Shown here: piece by piece, positions 18,501 to 27,855 of the stretch
Position numbering within the stretch: the first letter of the stretch is position 1
Layout of the letters: each line of letters begins with the position of its first letter
From: an uncultured bacterium
Lineage (GTDB): Bacteria > Hydrogenedentota > Hydrogenedentia > Hydrogenedentales > CAILVY01
Direction of reading: 5' to 3'
DNA: 64,000 nt
Assembly: GCA_937951485.1 (NCBI GenBank)
Contig: CALEDJ010000004.1
Span: 13,582 to 77,581 of the forward strand
Made by a program: the position numbers and the translations under genes
The notes under the pieces: model-generated
What the model saw: only the letters and a program-made list of their open reading frames with translations
Told to the model about the DNA's origin: nothing
The model's database searches: none

Positions 18501-19005
18501 TGATGTCGTCACCGTGGGCGGCGTCAGCGGGCGCGTCGCCCAAATCCGCACCCGCGCCACCATCATCACCGACTGGGACCGCAAGGAACTTGTCGTCCCC
18601 AACAAAGAATTCGTCACCGGCCAACTCGTCAATTGGACCCTTTCGGATAACATCATCCGAATAGTGATTCCCGTCGGCATTGCATACGGGTCCAACGCGA
18701 GACACGCCATGGAAATCCTGAGAAATCTGGCTGAAAAACACCCGGATGTCATGGCGGATCCGGCCCCGCAGGTGTTTTTCATTGGATTCGGGGATAGCGC
18801 GCTCAATTTCGAACTGCGCGTTTTCTCGCCGCAGATGGATGCCATGATGCGTGTTCGCCACGACCTGCACCTCGCCATTGACGACGCTTTTCGTGAAGCG
18901 GGCATCGAAATCGCCTTCCCGCAGCAGGATATCCATATCCGTTCCGGGCTGGAACCCCTTGCCAAAGCGCTCGAGCGGCCCCCCGCCGCGTCGCCAGGCG
19001 ACTGA
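15517..19005 (+). CDS. mscK: MscK-like mechanosensitive channel
   Basis: Signal peptide, long coiled-coil periplasmic region, multiple TMs, [29 protein letters not shown]. Start GTG 15517 uncertain. Confidence 0.88.
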   Translation: [1162 protein letters not shown]

Positions 19006-19228
19006 GTCGCCGGAGGCAAAGCCTTTTCCACCGAACCGTGCGATTGCCTTCTATTCTCGAGGGTCGCAGCCGTGCAGGGATTCATGTCGGTTCTCCTGTT
19101 CCTCGGAGAAAGCCGCCGGGAAACTTTTGGGTTCTAAAAAGGATTGAATATGGTGAATGTGGCGCGGTCATCCGGGGCCGAAAGCGGGACGGTGTCGCAA
19201 ACGGGAAGTGGCAGAAAGGCTGGGCAGT

Positions 19229-19465
19229 ATGATGATGGTACAGGGTGAGGGTGCGCGGTATATCGTGGAGCATCGCCGGACGCCGGACAATCAGTCCATG
19301 GGATTGTGGACCTTCAGCATTCAGGAACGCGATGTGTCATTTTGGGGGCGTTATCCCGAGGCCGAGTCCACCGCCAGGCAATATGCGGTGAAAAAGGGGC
19401 TGAATTCCGACGCCATTCGCTTTGTAGATGGCGCCAGTTTTCAATTCAAGAACCCCGGGAATTAA
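19229..19465 (+). CDS. Small hypothetical protein (78 aa)
   Basis: Protein-like composition from MMMVQGEG; fills the gap between mscK and the kinase. Confidence 0.45.
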   Translation: MMMVQGEGARYIVEHRRTPDNQSMGLWTFSIQERDVSFWGRYPEAESTARQYAVKKGLNSDAIRFVDGASFQFKNPGN

Positions 19466-19848
19466 GGTTTTTTCCCCGCCGATCTCTTCTCGGGGATGCG
19501 GGGGGCGCGTCCAAAAAACGCCCGTTCCAGCGCAGGGGGACGAACATTGAAAGGTGCTTGATCCCAGCGATGCCTCCAATGAATGTCCCGCAGCCCGCCG
19601 GGATGTTCAAAAATTTCCCTCTGACACCCGGATACATCTTTGCGCCTATCGCAGGGAGTTGACGCGCGATGCCGTTGAAGCGCATAATGGCATCTGGCAG
19701 GGCGTCGTATTCACGCAACAGTTGGACATATGTAATGATTGTTGCGTCGGGCGCGAAAGAGGGGATATGTTCTCGGCCGGGCAGCGGCCACGAGGTTCAC
19801 TGATGTTCATGGGGGATGCGCTGTGGCGCAACATAGGGCGCAGAGGGT

Positions 19849-22797
19849 GTGGGAAAAAAGAATAGAATTGAGACGCCGACAGACACGGTACGTGAACAAC
19901 AAAGTCTCTGGCCGGTGAATCCAGCGGCGCATGATCATGAGTCTTTGCAGCAGCGGATTCTTGCGTGCGCGGGCGACGCCATTCTCGTTTTTAGTCCTGA
20001 TGGGGGGACACTCAGCGCCAATCCTGCTGTTGAGCGTATCACCGGATACGCGACGGCGGACCTGCTTGCCGGAAAGATTCGATGGAACGACATTATCCGG
20101 GAGGAGGATCAGGACAGATTTGCAGTGTCCCGGCATACATGTCTGCAATCAGGCAAACAGGATTTGATTACGTATTGGATAACGGATGCGACCGGGCAGG
20201 CGCGTTGTCTGGAGCAGTTCAATGCGCCGCTTCACGACGATGCTGGGGCGCGTCTGGGCGTTGTCGGCACGGTTCGCGATATTACCCATCGCCAAAAGGC
20301 GGACGCACAACTGCCGGCGCCCCACGAGAGCCTGCATCTGGCGATCAGCGGCGCGAATCTCGGCATTTGGGACCTGGATATGCAGAGCGGCGCGGTGAAG
20401 TATAACCCGCGCCTGCTGGAGATGGTGCGGGGGCCAAATCCACAGGGTCGCGTGGATTTCAATGCATGGAAGAACAGCCTGCATCCCGAGGACAGCGCAG
20501 CGGTATTGGGGGCTTTCTTCGCGCATGCGAATGGGAAGGCGCCCATCTATGAAGCGGAATACCGGGCCCAATCCCCCAGCGGGGAGTGGCGCTGGATGCT
20601 GAGCCTGGGACACGTCGTGGAGCGGGATGCAACCGGCGCAGCGCTGCGCATGGTCGGCATTCATCTTGACATTACTGAACGCAAGCGGGCTGAGGCGGAA
20701 ACCGTGCGGACGGCGCAAGTCAACGCAGCCATGGTCGAACTCTGCGAAACGATGATCGCCGAGAAGGGACCTGATGAAGTCGGTCGCATATTGGCGCAAC
20801 ATGTGAAATCGCTGACGGGCAGCCCGGTGTGTCGTGTTGCTCAGATGCCTCCCCAGACAGGCGCTCCGGCGGATGCAGCCGATACGGATCGCGCCCTGCA
20901 ATTTGAGCGGCTGTGGCACCGCCTGCTTGCCTATCCCAAAGCGCTGATTGTCAATGAAATCATGACGGACCCGGCATTCGCGGGTATGAAGATGGAAAGC
21001 ACGCCCATACACCGTTTGGTCGCCGCACCCGCCTGTATTGGGGATACGGTGCTCGGCATGGTGGTCGCCGCCGACGCCGATCGCGATTACACGGAAGATG
21101 ACGCGCGGATTTTGGAACAATTTGCCCGGCTTTATGCTCTTTGTATTGATCGGTGTAACGCACTGCAAGCGTTGCGCCGTAATGAAGAGTTGTTCCGGGC
21201 GCAATACCGCAGCATCCCTCTGCCGACATTTACCTGGCAGTACCGGGATGGGGACTTCTTTCTCCTGGATTTGAATGACGCCGCCATGGAGGGCACGGTG
21301 GGACTGGGGCCGGTGATTCTCGGCAAGCGTATTCAGGACATTATTCCGGACCAACCGGCACCCTTGGCGTTATTGGAACGATGTCATGCCACCCAAGGCC
21401 CCGTTTCTCAGGAGATGCGGGTCGTGCATCCGTTCCTGGAAAGGAAACTCATCCTGAACTTCAGTTGCGCCTTCATCCAACCTGATCTTGTCCTGATGCA
21501 CGCGGAAGACATCACCAGGCGCAAGTGCGTGGAGGAGGCGCTGCGCCGCCGCGAGGCTATCATGGAAGCCGTTGCCAGAACCGCTGCATATTTTCTCCAC
21601 GCTGTGCCGTGGGAACAACAGACAAACCAGGCGATGGAGTGCCTGGGAATTGCCACACAGGTGAGCCGGGTCTATGTGTTTGAAAACCATCGCGACGCCG
21701 AGGGGGTCTTGTTCACCAGTCAGCGCTTTGAGTGGGTCGCAGAGGATGCCAAGCCGGAAATAGATAATCCGCGCCTGCAGAATTTCGCCTATGACGCCCA
21801 AGGGGCCGGCCGCATCCGCCGCATCCTGGAAGCCGGAAATGCGCTATACGGCAATGTATCACTGTTTCCGGCGGAAGAGCAGGCGTTTCTGACGCCCCAG
21901 GGCATTCTTTCCATCGTGCTCGTGCCTGTCTTTGTGGGCAGGGAATGGTGGGGATTTATCGGTTTCGACGATTGCCGCCAGGAGCGAACGTGGTCGCATG
22001 CGGAAATTGACGCCCTGCAGGCCGCCGCCGCGATTATAGGCGTGGCCATCCAGCGCAGGCGCGCCGAACTGCTCATTGCCGAACAGCGCCTGAAAATGAT
22101 CGCTTCCGCCAGGCTTTCCTCGCTGGGCGTCTTGGCCGCGGGCGTTGCCCATGAAGTCAATAATCCGCTTGCCGTCATTTCTCTTGCGACCGAACAAGTG
22201 GAAAACCAGGTGCAGGCGGGCCTCTCCGATCTGAACAAGATGCGCAATGCCGCCACGAAGATACGCCGGAACATCAAGCGCATTGAACGTATTGTCCAAG
22301 GGTTGCGTAGCCTTTCCCGCGACGACACAGATGCGCCGCTCGAGCGAAAGAATCTGCAAGAGATCGTTCAGGCCCCCTTGGACCTCTGCCGATCCCGCTA
22401 CGGGCGCGATGGCGTGAGTATTCTGTTTCGCGCCAATAGGGGGGGAATCCTGCTTGAATGCCGGCCCACCCAGATTGCACAAGTCATCATGAATCTTCTC
22501 AACAACGCCCATGACGCCGTAATGGATCAGGCGATACGATGGATTCGCATCGAGATGGACGACCTCGGCGAGATGGCGGAGGTGCGCATCACCGATAGCG
22601 GTCCGGGGGTGCCGCAAAATATTCGGGAACGCATCTTCGACCCGTTTTTCACCACCAAAGACATTGGAAAGGGGACAGGCATCGGGTTAAGCATCGCAAA
22701 GGCGATCGCCGAAAACCACCGCGGCGAATTGTTTTTGAATGGCGACGCGGAGAATACATGCTTTGTGTTGCGCCTGCCCAAAAGACAGGCGCCATAA
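19849..22797 (+). CDS. Cytoplasmic PAS/GAF sensor histidine kinase
   Basis: PAS/PAC and GAF-like segments, H-box AGVAHEVNNPL, N-box NLLNNAHDA, DSGPG, FFTTKDIGKGTGIGL; no TM or receiver domain seen. Confidence 0.92.
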   Translation: MGKKNRIETPTDTVREQQSLWPVNPAAHDHESLQQRILACAGDAILVFSPDGGTLSANPAVERITGYATADLLAGKIRWNDIIREEDQDRFAVSRHTCLQSGKQDLITYWITDATGQARCLEQFNAPLHDDAGARLGVVGTVRDITHRQKADAQLPAPHESLHLAISGANLGIWDLDMQSGAVKYNPRLLEMVRGPNPQGRVDFNAWKNSLHPEDSAAVLGAFFAHANGKAPIYEAEYRAQSPSGEWRWMLSLGHVVERDATGAALRMVGIHLDITERKRAEAETVRTAQVNAAMVELCETMIAEKGPDEVGRILAQHVKSLTGSPVCRVAQMPPQTGAPADAADTDRALQFERLWHRLLAYPKALIVNEIMTDPAFAGMKMESTPIHRLVAAPACIGDTVLGMVVAADADRDYTEDDARILEQFARLYALCIDRCNALQALRRNEELFRAQYRSIPLPTFTWQYRDGDFFLLDLNDAAMEGTVGLGPVILGKRIQDIIPDQPAPLALLERCHATQGPVSQEMRVVHPFLERKLILNFSCAFIQPDLVLMHAEDITRRKCVEEALRRREAIMEAVARTAAYFLHAVPWEQQTNQAMECLGIATQVSRVYVFENHRDAEGVLFTSQRFEWVAEDAKPEIDNPRLQNFAYDAQGAGRIRRILEAGNALYGNVSLFPAEEQAFLTPQGILSIVLVPVFVGREWWGFIGFDDCRQERTWSHAEIDALQAAAAIIGVAIQRRRAELLIAEQRLKMIASARLSSLGVLAAGVAHEVNNPLAVISLATEQVENQVQAGLSDLNKMRNAATKIRRNIKRIERIVQGLRSLSRDDTDAPLERKNLQEIVQAPLDLCRSRYGRDGVSILFRANRGGILLECRPTQIAQVIMNLLNNAHDAVMDQAIRWIRIEMDDLGEMAEVRITDSGPGVPQNIRERIFDPFFTTKDIGKGTGIGLSIAKAIAENHRGELFLNGDAENTCFVLRLPKRQAP

Positions 22798-23012
22798 GGC
22801 CGAAGGCGGGCGAATATCCGAGAATCGTTATTGTCTTATTTGTATGTATTACCCTCTGCTGCGAACGATGCAGTAGAATCGGCGCGTTTCCTCAGGTGGG
22901 CGGCGATACGACACGCCAAGGTTCGGGTTTGCGTCCATCACCGAGGCGCGACGCCGGCCTCACGTGGGGAGAGAAAATTCAGCCTGTGTAGAAGTGGGAG
23001 GAAAGCAACGCC

Positions 23013-24320
23013 ATGAAGAAGAGCACGGTGCAGATAACGGGTCCGGGTGGTCTGCGGCATGTGCATGCGATTGTGCTTGGCGGCGGTCGCGGGGTGCGTC
23101 TGTATCCCCTTACAAAATTGCGCGCCAAGCCCGCCGTGCCGCTGTGCGGCCGCTACCGGCTTATTGACATTCCCTTGAGCAATTGCATTCATTCCGGCAT
23201 CAACCAGATTGCGGTGCTCACCCAATTCAACAGCCACTCGCTTAACCGCCACATTTCAAACACCTACAAATTCGACGACTTCAGCGGCGGACATGTCACG
23301 ATCCTTGCGGCGGAGCAAACCAACGAAACCGGTGACTGGTTTCAGGGCACTGCCGATGCGGTCCGGAAGCATCTGAATCACCTGCGGGGCCGCGAAACCG
23401 AGCACTACCTGGTGCTCTCCGGCGACCAACTCTATCGTATGGACTACCGCACCCTGCTCGCCACCCACATGAGCAAGAATGCCGACGTTACGGTATCGGC
23501 GCTGCCGGTCAGCCGCGAAGCGGCGCAGGCTTTCGGCATCATGCGCGTGCAGCGCGACGGGCGCATCCGCAGTTTTGTGGAAAAGCCCGCCGACCCCGCC
23601 ATACTTAATGGACTGAAAACGCCGGAGGGGCTTTTCAAGGAATTCGGCATTGAAGCGGCCGGAAAGCCTTATCTCGCGTCCATGGGCATTTATGCATTTC
23701 GCGCCGAGGTGCTTGAAGAACTGCTGCTGCGAAATCCGGAATGGATTGATTTCGGCAAGCAACTCATCCCCAATGCCCTGAAAACGCACCACGTCTATGC
23801 GCACATGTTTTCTGGATTCTGGGAAGACATCGGAACGGTAAGATCCTATTTCGACGTAAGCATGGCGATGACCACGCCGAATCCGCCCTTCGAGTTGCAC
23901 GATCCTGATCACCAAATCTACACGCACGCACGCGCCCTGCCCGGGGTGCGCATCCACGACGCGCGAATCAAGAACGCGATCGTCTGCAGCGGCAGCCGCA
24001 TTCACCGCGCCACGATCTCCGACGCCATTGTCGGCATCCGGAGCATCGTCAATGAGGGCGCGGTAATTGAACGCAGTATCGTTCTCGGCGCGGATTATTT
24101 TGAGACGGAAACCTCGCGTGGAGAGCATCCCATCGGCATCGGCGCAGGCGCAAGAATCCGACAGGCAATCATTGACCACAATGCGCGCATCGGCAGGAAA
24201 GTCATCATTCGCGGTTCGGATCGCCTCAAGGATTGCGAGGGCGAGGGCTACTCCATCCGTGACGGCATCGTCGTGGTGCACAAGGACGCCGTCATCCCGG
24301 ACGGCGCGGTTATCGGGTAG
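23013..24320 (+). CDS. glgC: Glucose-1-phosphate adenylyltransferase
   Basis: GGGRG.RLYPLT..RAKPAVP, WFQGTADAV, FVEKP, ASMGIY, WEDIGT. Confidence 0.96.
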   Translation: MKKSTVQITGPGGLRHVHAIVLGGGRGVRLYPLTKLRAKPAVPLCGRYRLIDIPLSNCIHSGINQIAVLTQFNSHSLNRHISNTYKFDDFSGGHVTILAAEQTNETGDWFQGTADAVRKHLNHLRGRETEHYLVLSGDQLYRMDYRTLLATHMSKNADVTVSALPVSREAAQAFGIMRVQRDGRIRSFVEKPADPAILNGLKTPEGLFKEFGIEAAGKPYLASMGIYAFRAEVLEELLLRNPEWIDFGKQLIPNALKTHHVYAHMFSGFWEDIGTVRSYFDVSMAMTTPNPPFELHDPDHQIYTHARALPGVRIHDARIKNAIVCSGSRIHRATISDAIVGIRSIVNEGAVIERSIVLGADYFETETSRGEHPIGIGAGARIRQAIIDHNARIGRKVIIRGSDRLKDCEGEGYSIRDGIVVVHKDAVIPDGAVIG

Positions 24321-24347
24321 CGGCATTCAACCCACAGGATACTCCAC

Positions 24348-25754
24348 GTGGCAAACGAGTACGGGAAAAACCGGGAATTCACCTGGGGCGAGGGGCTGGC
24401 GTTCTGCCTGGCCTACGTCGGCGTCCAGTTGTGCAGCGAAGTCATCAACCAGTGGGGCACCTACTTCTATTCGCCCTCGGAGGGCGTGGGGCGGACCATT
24501 TTCGTCCACATCGGCATGGTCAAGTACATCTTCATCATCGGCACGATGTGGGACGCGCTGATCGGTCCTGTCGTCGGCATCTTCTCCGACAAGACCTCCA
24601 CTCAGCCGGGGCGCCTGCGCCGCCTGCTCGCTCCCATCCGCGGTCGCCGCCGCCCTTTCATCTTTTTCGGTTCCATCTTCATGGTCTTCACGTCCATCGC
24701 CTTCTGGTACCCGCCGGTGCAAGGCAATTCCCCGCTCAACCTCTACTATGGCATTGTCATGTTGTGCCTGCACTGGTCCTTTTTCACCATCACCACCATG
24801 CCGCTCTTCGCGCTGGGTCCGGAGGTGGCGCGTTCCGAAGAAGCCCGCGTGAAACTCGGCACATGGATCGCCGTCGGGCTGGTGGCGGGACTGGCCGTTG
24901 CCAACGGCCTGTCCGGATTATTCATCGAGTGGCTTTCCACCGCCCCGGAAGGACAACCCACTTCTCCCGACGCGTATCGCCGTCTCTCAGCGATCTACGC
25001 TGTCATTTCGCTCATTCTCTTCCAACTGCCGGTCTGGCTGGTGCGCGAGCGCTACGACTCTGAGGCGGCAGCCCAAAAACATGAACCGATTTTTGAGGGT
25101 TTTGTGGACGCCGCGCGCAATGTGCCTTTTGTGATCTATTTTACCGGACTGTTCATGTTCAACGTGGGGTTTCTCGCGGCGCAACGCGCGTTGCCTTACT
25201 GGGCGGAACTTGGCCTTGAAGGCGGCGAGGCGACCGTTACGCTGCTGTTGCTGCCGTTCATTGTCACCGCACTTGCTTCCTATGCGGCCATTCCCGGTCT
25301 TGCCAGAAGGCTGCGATGCAAATGGATGATCATTATCGCTTTTATGATCATTGTTACAGGACTTCCCTGGATGTACGTCCTCGGCGTGCTCGATATCACC
25401 CCCCAGGCAAAAACCATCCTTGGCGCCGCACTCTTCGCGTATTGCGGCATCGGTCAGGGCATCATGTATGTCATGGCCACGCCGATGATGGGTGAAATCA
25501 TTGATTACGACGAACAGTACTCCGGACAGCGCCGCGAGGCGCTTTACAACGGCCTCGTCGGCGTGGCCATGAAGGCCGCCATGGCGGGGTCGGTATTCAT
25601 CGCCAGCCAGTCCATGGACCTGTGGGGCAACTCCCCCGAAAGGCCCTTCGGTGTCTTTTATGTCGGTCCCATCGCAGGTGTTTTCGCGATCATCGGCCTC
25701 GCAGTCATGCTCTTCTACCCCGTCCTCAATGTCGCCAGGACAAAACCGGAGTAG
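24348..25754 (+). CDS. MFS transporter, glycoside-pentoside-hexuronide (MFS_2) family
   Basis: WDALIGPVVGIFSD, GRRRPFI, EIIDYDEQYSGQRREALY; about 12 hydrophobic segments. Confidence 0.85.
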   Translation: MANEYGKNREFTWGEGLAFCLAYVGVQLCSEVINQWGTYFYSPSEGVGRTIFVHIGMVKYIFIIGTMWDALIGPVVGIFSDKTSTQPGRLRRLLAPIRGRRRPFIFFGSIFMVFTSIAFWYPPVQGNSPLNLYYGIVMLCLHWSFFTITTMPLFALGPEVARSEEARVKLGTWIAVGLVAGLAVANGLSGLFIEWLSTAPEGQPTSPDAYRRLSAIYAVISLILFQLPVWLVRERYDSEAAAQKHEPIFEGFVDAARNVPFVIYFTGLFMFNVGFLAAQRALPYWAELGLEGGEATVTLLLLPFIVTALASYAAIPGLARRLRCKWMIIIAFMIIVTGLPWMYVLGVLDITPQAKTILGAALFAYCGIGQGIMYVMATPMMGEIIDYDEQYSGQRREALYNGLVGVAMKAAMAGSVFIASQSMDLWGNSPERPFGVFYVGPIAGVFAIIGLAVMLFYPVLNVARTKPE

Positions 25755-25766
25755 CGCAAGCAGTCC

Positions 25767-25787
25767 GAATGCGGAATGCGGAATGCA
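25767..25787 (+). repeat. Heptamer tandem repeat GAATGCG x2 plus GAATGCA
   Basis: Directly visible just downstream of the MFS stop. Confidence 0.6.
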
Positions 25788-25895
25788 GATGGAAGAGATG
25801 GGGATTCAAGGAAAAAATGTCAATACTATGAACAAAGAACAGAAGGCAAGATAAAGGGAGTGGCACGAAAGCCGAAGCGAACTATCAGATGAGGA

Positions 25896-25952
25896 TGCGG
25901 CAAGATGCCGCATTTACATTGACGAGAAAGTGGACGCGGCATCTTGCCGCGT
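25896..25952. repeat. Inverted pair of REP-like palindromes (CGCGGCATCTTGCCGCG family)
   Basis: TGCGGCAAGATGCCGCA at 25896-25912 and ACGCGGCATCTTGCCGCGT at 25934-25952. Confidence 0.75.
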
Positions 25953-26062
25953 TTCTCGCATGCGGATTCCTTGCAATTTTCAGCCATGTCCGGCAGAATA
26001 GTGCGCTTGTGGTTCATAAGGGGGTTGTGTCGTGCTCGATGCCTTGACGCCCTGCGGGCAGG

Positions 26063-26818
26063 ATGTCTGGGTGTGGCAATGCGTATGCAGAAGAAGATGA
26101 GGCTGGGCGAAAGGTCTTGACCTCAAACAGCGGAGCGAGAGGCGCATTGAGTCTTCACGCAATCCAGAAGCGCGCGTTGATTTTGATCGTCGCATTGATA
26201 CTGCTGATGGCAGCCTGCGGTTGCGGCCGGCTCCGCCCCATGATGCCGGTGGCGTTCGACACGCTGGTGCCCCCTCCTCCCCTGGAAGTGGAAGACCTTG
26301 AGTTCATTTGCCCTGAATGGGAGGTTGAATGGGGGTGGGAGCAAGAGGGGATGTATTTCGGCGCGATGGATGCCGCGTCGGCCGTGCCGGGCATATGGCC
26401 GGTGGACCACCAGGACATGACGATTATCTCGCATTTCGGCGTGCGCCGGGGGGCGCATCGGGGCGGGGGCCGTCCTCATATGGGTTTGGACATCAAAGCG
26501 CCGGCAAATACGCCGGTGTTGGCCACTGCTGATGGCCGGGTAAAGGCGTGCCGCACAGAACGGCGTTACGGCAAGATGGTTCTTATTGAACATGACCACG
26601 GCTACGAAACGGTCTACGCGCATCTCAACGCGATCCTGGTGAAGCCGGGGCAACAGGTGACCCAAGGTGAACTCATCGGCAAAGTCGGCCGCACCGGAAA
26701 TGCCACCACCGCCCATCTGCATTATGAAGTGATTGCCAACGGCCAACACAAAAACCCCAAAGACTATCTGCCCGGCCCGAGGCTGCTGCTCGCCGGGGGC
26801 GCATCCGGCGAACCATAA
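26063..26818 (+). CDS. M23 family metallopeptidase, probable lipoprotein
   Basis: HMGLDIKAP, V.ATADG, YAHL, T..HLHYEV; LMAAC lipobox-like. True start probably downstream of 26063. Confidence 0.88.
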   Translation: MSGCGNAYAEEDEAGRKVLTSNSGARGALSLHAIQKRALILIVALILLMAACGCGRLRPMMPVAFDTLVPPPPLEVEDLEFICPEWEVEWGWEQEGMYFGAMDAASAVPGIWPVDHQDMTIISHFGVRRGAHRGGGRPHMGLDIKAPANTPVLATADGRVKACRTERRYGKMVLIEHDHGYETVYAHLNAILVKPGQQVTQGELIGKVGRTGNATTAHLHYEVIANGQHKNPKDYLPGPRLLLAGGASGEP

Positions 26819-26871
26819 ATCGGGCAATCCAAATCCCGTCACCGGGTACGCCATTTCAAGGACGCGACAAG

Positions 26872-26963
26872 GTTACATTTCAGCGGAGTGGCGTGCAACG
26901 GGGGATGTAAAAGGCCATATAGTGCGCCCCTGCGATCTATGCTATTCCGCTGAAATGTTACGC
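26872..26963. repeat. Intergenic hairpin containing a copy of a 63-bp dispersed repeat
   Basis: 16-bp inverted repeat 26872-26887 / 26946-26961 (1 mismatch). 26901-26963 aligns ungapped to 47049-47111 at 50/63 by manual count. Confidence 0.75.
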
Positions 26964-27021
26964 AACAAGCATTCTCGAAATGGACGTCTATGGCGGCCGC
27001 GCTACCGAAAATACCTGCTGT

Positions 27022-27855
27022 TCAGGGGCGTTCGCCGCGCGCGAGCCGCGCGTTGATGGCGTCAATGATTGCCGGGCAATCGGAGATGCTGTCTACTACA
27101 TAATGCGCGCCGGTCTGGGCCATACGCGCACAGGCGCGATCGCGCCGCTGCGCGATCAGCGCGGGATCGGTCGCCGGAATTTCGGCCTTGTTCAGGCCCA
27201 TTTCATTGCCGGTCATGGCGAGGCCGACGGTCCACATGCCGGCGTTCAGTCCTTCCTCGATATCCGGTAGTGTATCGCCGATTTTAACGATTGCCTCCAT
27301 GGGAAAGATGCGCAGGCGCTTTGCGTTTTCCAGGCACATCCACGGCTCCGGTCGCCCTGCAGGCACTTCCGTCGCGCAGACCGTCGCGTCGGGCACATAG
27401 CCCCGGGCCGCCGCCTCGCGTTGCAGGATATCCATCATCTCCGAGGTATAGCCCGTGGTGGAGCCGATCTTCAGACCGCGCGCCCGGAACGCCTCCAGCG
27501 CTTCCAGCGTGCCGGGGATCAGATCGGCGTAGCGCGCCAGGCAGTCCAGTTGCAGCGGCACGAACTGCGCGAACATCGCATCCACATCCTCCTCGGTCGG
27601 CGGTCTTCCGTGCGCCGCCTCCCAGCGTCGCCGCACCGCTTCGATCTGTGTGATTTTCTGGATATGCACGCGCTTGTGCGCGCCCATCGGCACCCGCGCC
27701 TCCTCCATCGAGATTTCCACCCCCGCGCGCTTGAAGACTTCAACAAAAACCACGGCAGGCGCATAACAGCCGTAATCCATCGTGGTTCCCGCCCAATCCA
27801 GAATAACGCCCTGCAATGGACCGCAATAACGCCGTGAATACACAAAATCCATCAT
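27022..27855 (-). CDS. phnX: Phosphonoacetaldehyde hydrolase (phosphonatase)
   Basis: ILDWAGTTMDYG, PMG..K..HI Schiff-base Lys, GSTTGY, GRPEPWM, KIGDT..DIEEGLNAGMWT. Confidence 0.93.
   Translation of the reverse strand: MMDFVYSRRYCGPLQGVILDWAGTTMDYGCYAPAVVFVEVFKRAGVEISMEEARVPMGAHKRVHIQKITQIEAVRRRWEAAHGRPPTEEDVDAMFAQFVPLQLDCLARYADLIPGTLEALEAFRARGLKIGSTTGYTSEMMDILQREAAARGYVPDATVCATEVPAGRPEPWMCLENAKRLRIFPMEAIVKIGDTLPDIEEGLNAGMWTVGLAMTGNEMGLNKAEIPATDPALIAQRRDRACARMAQTGAHYVVDSISDCPAIIDAINARLARGERP

Noticed and set aside
19466-19848. Possible ncRNA or riboswitch before the kinase
   Set aside because: No recognisable conserved motif or strong stem.
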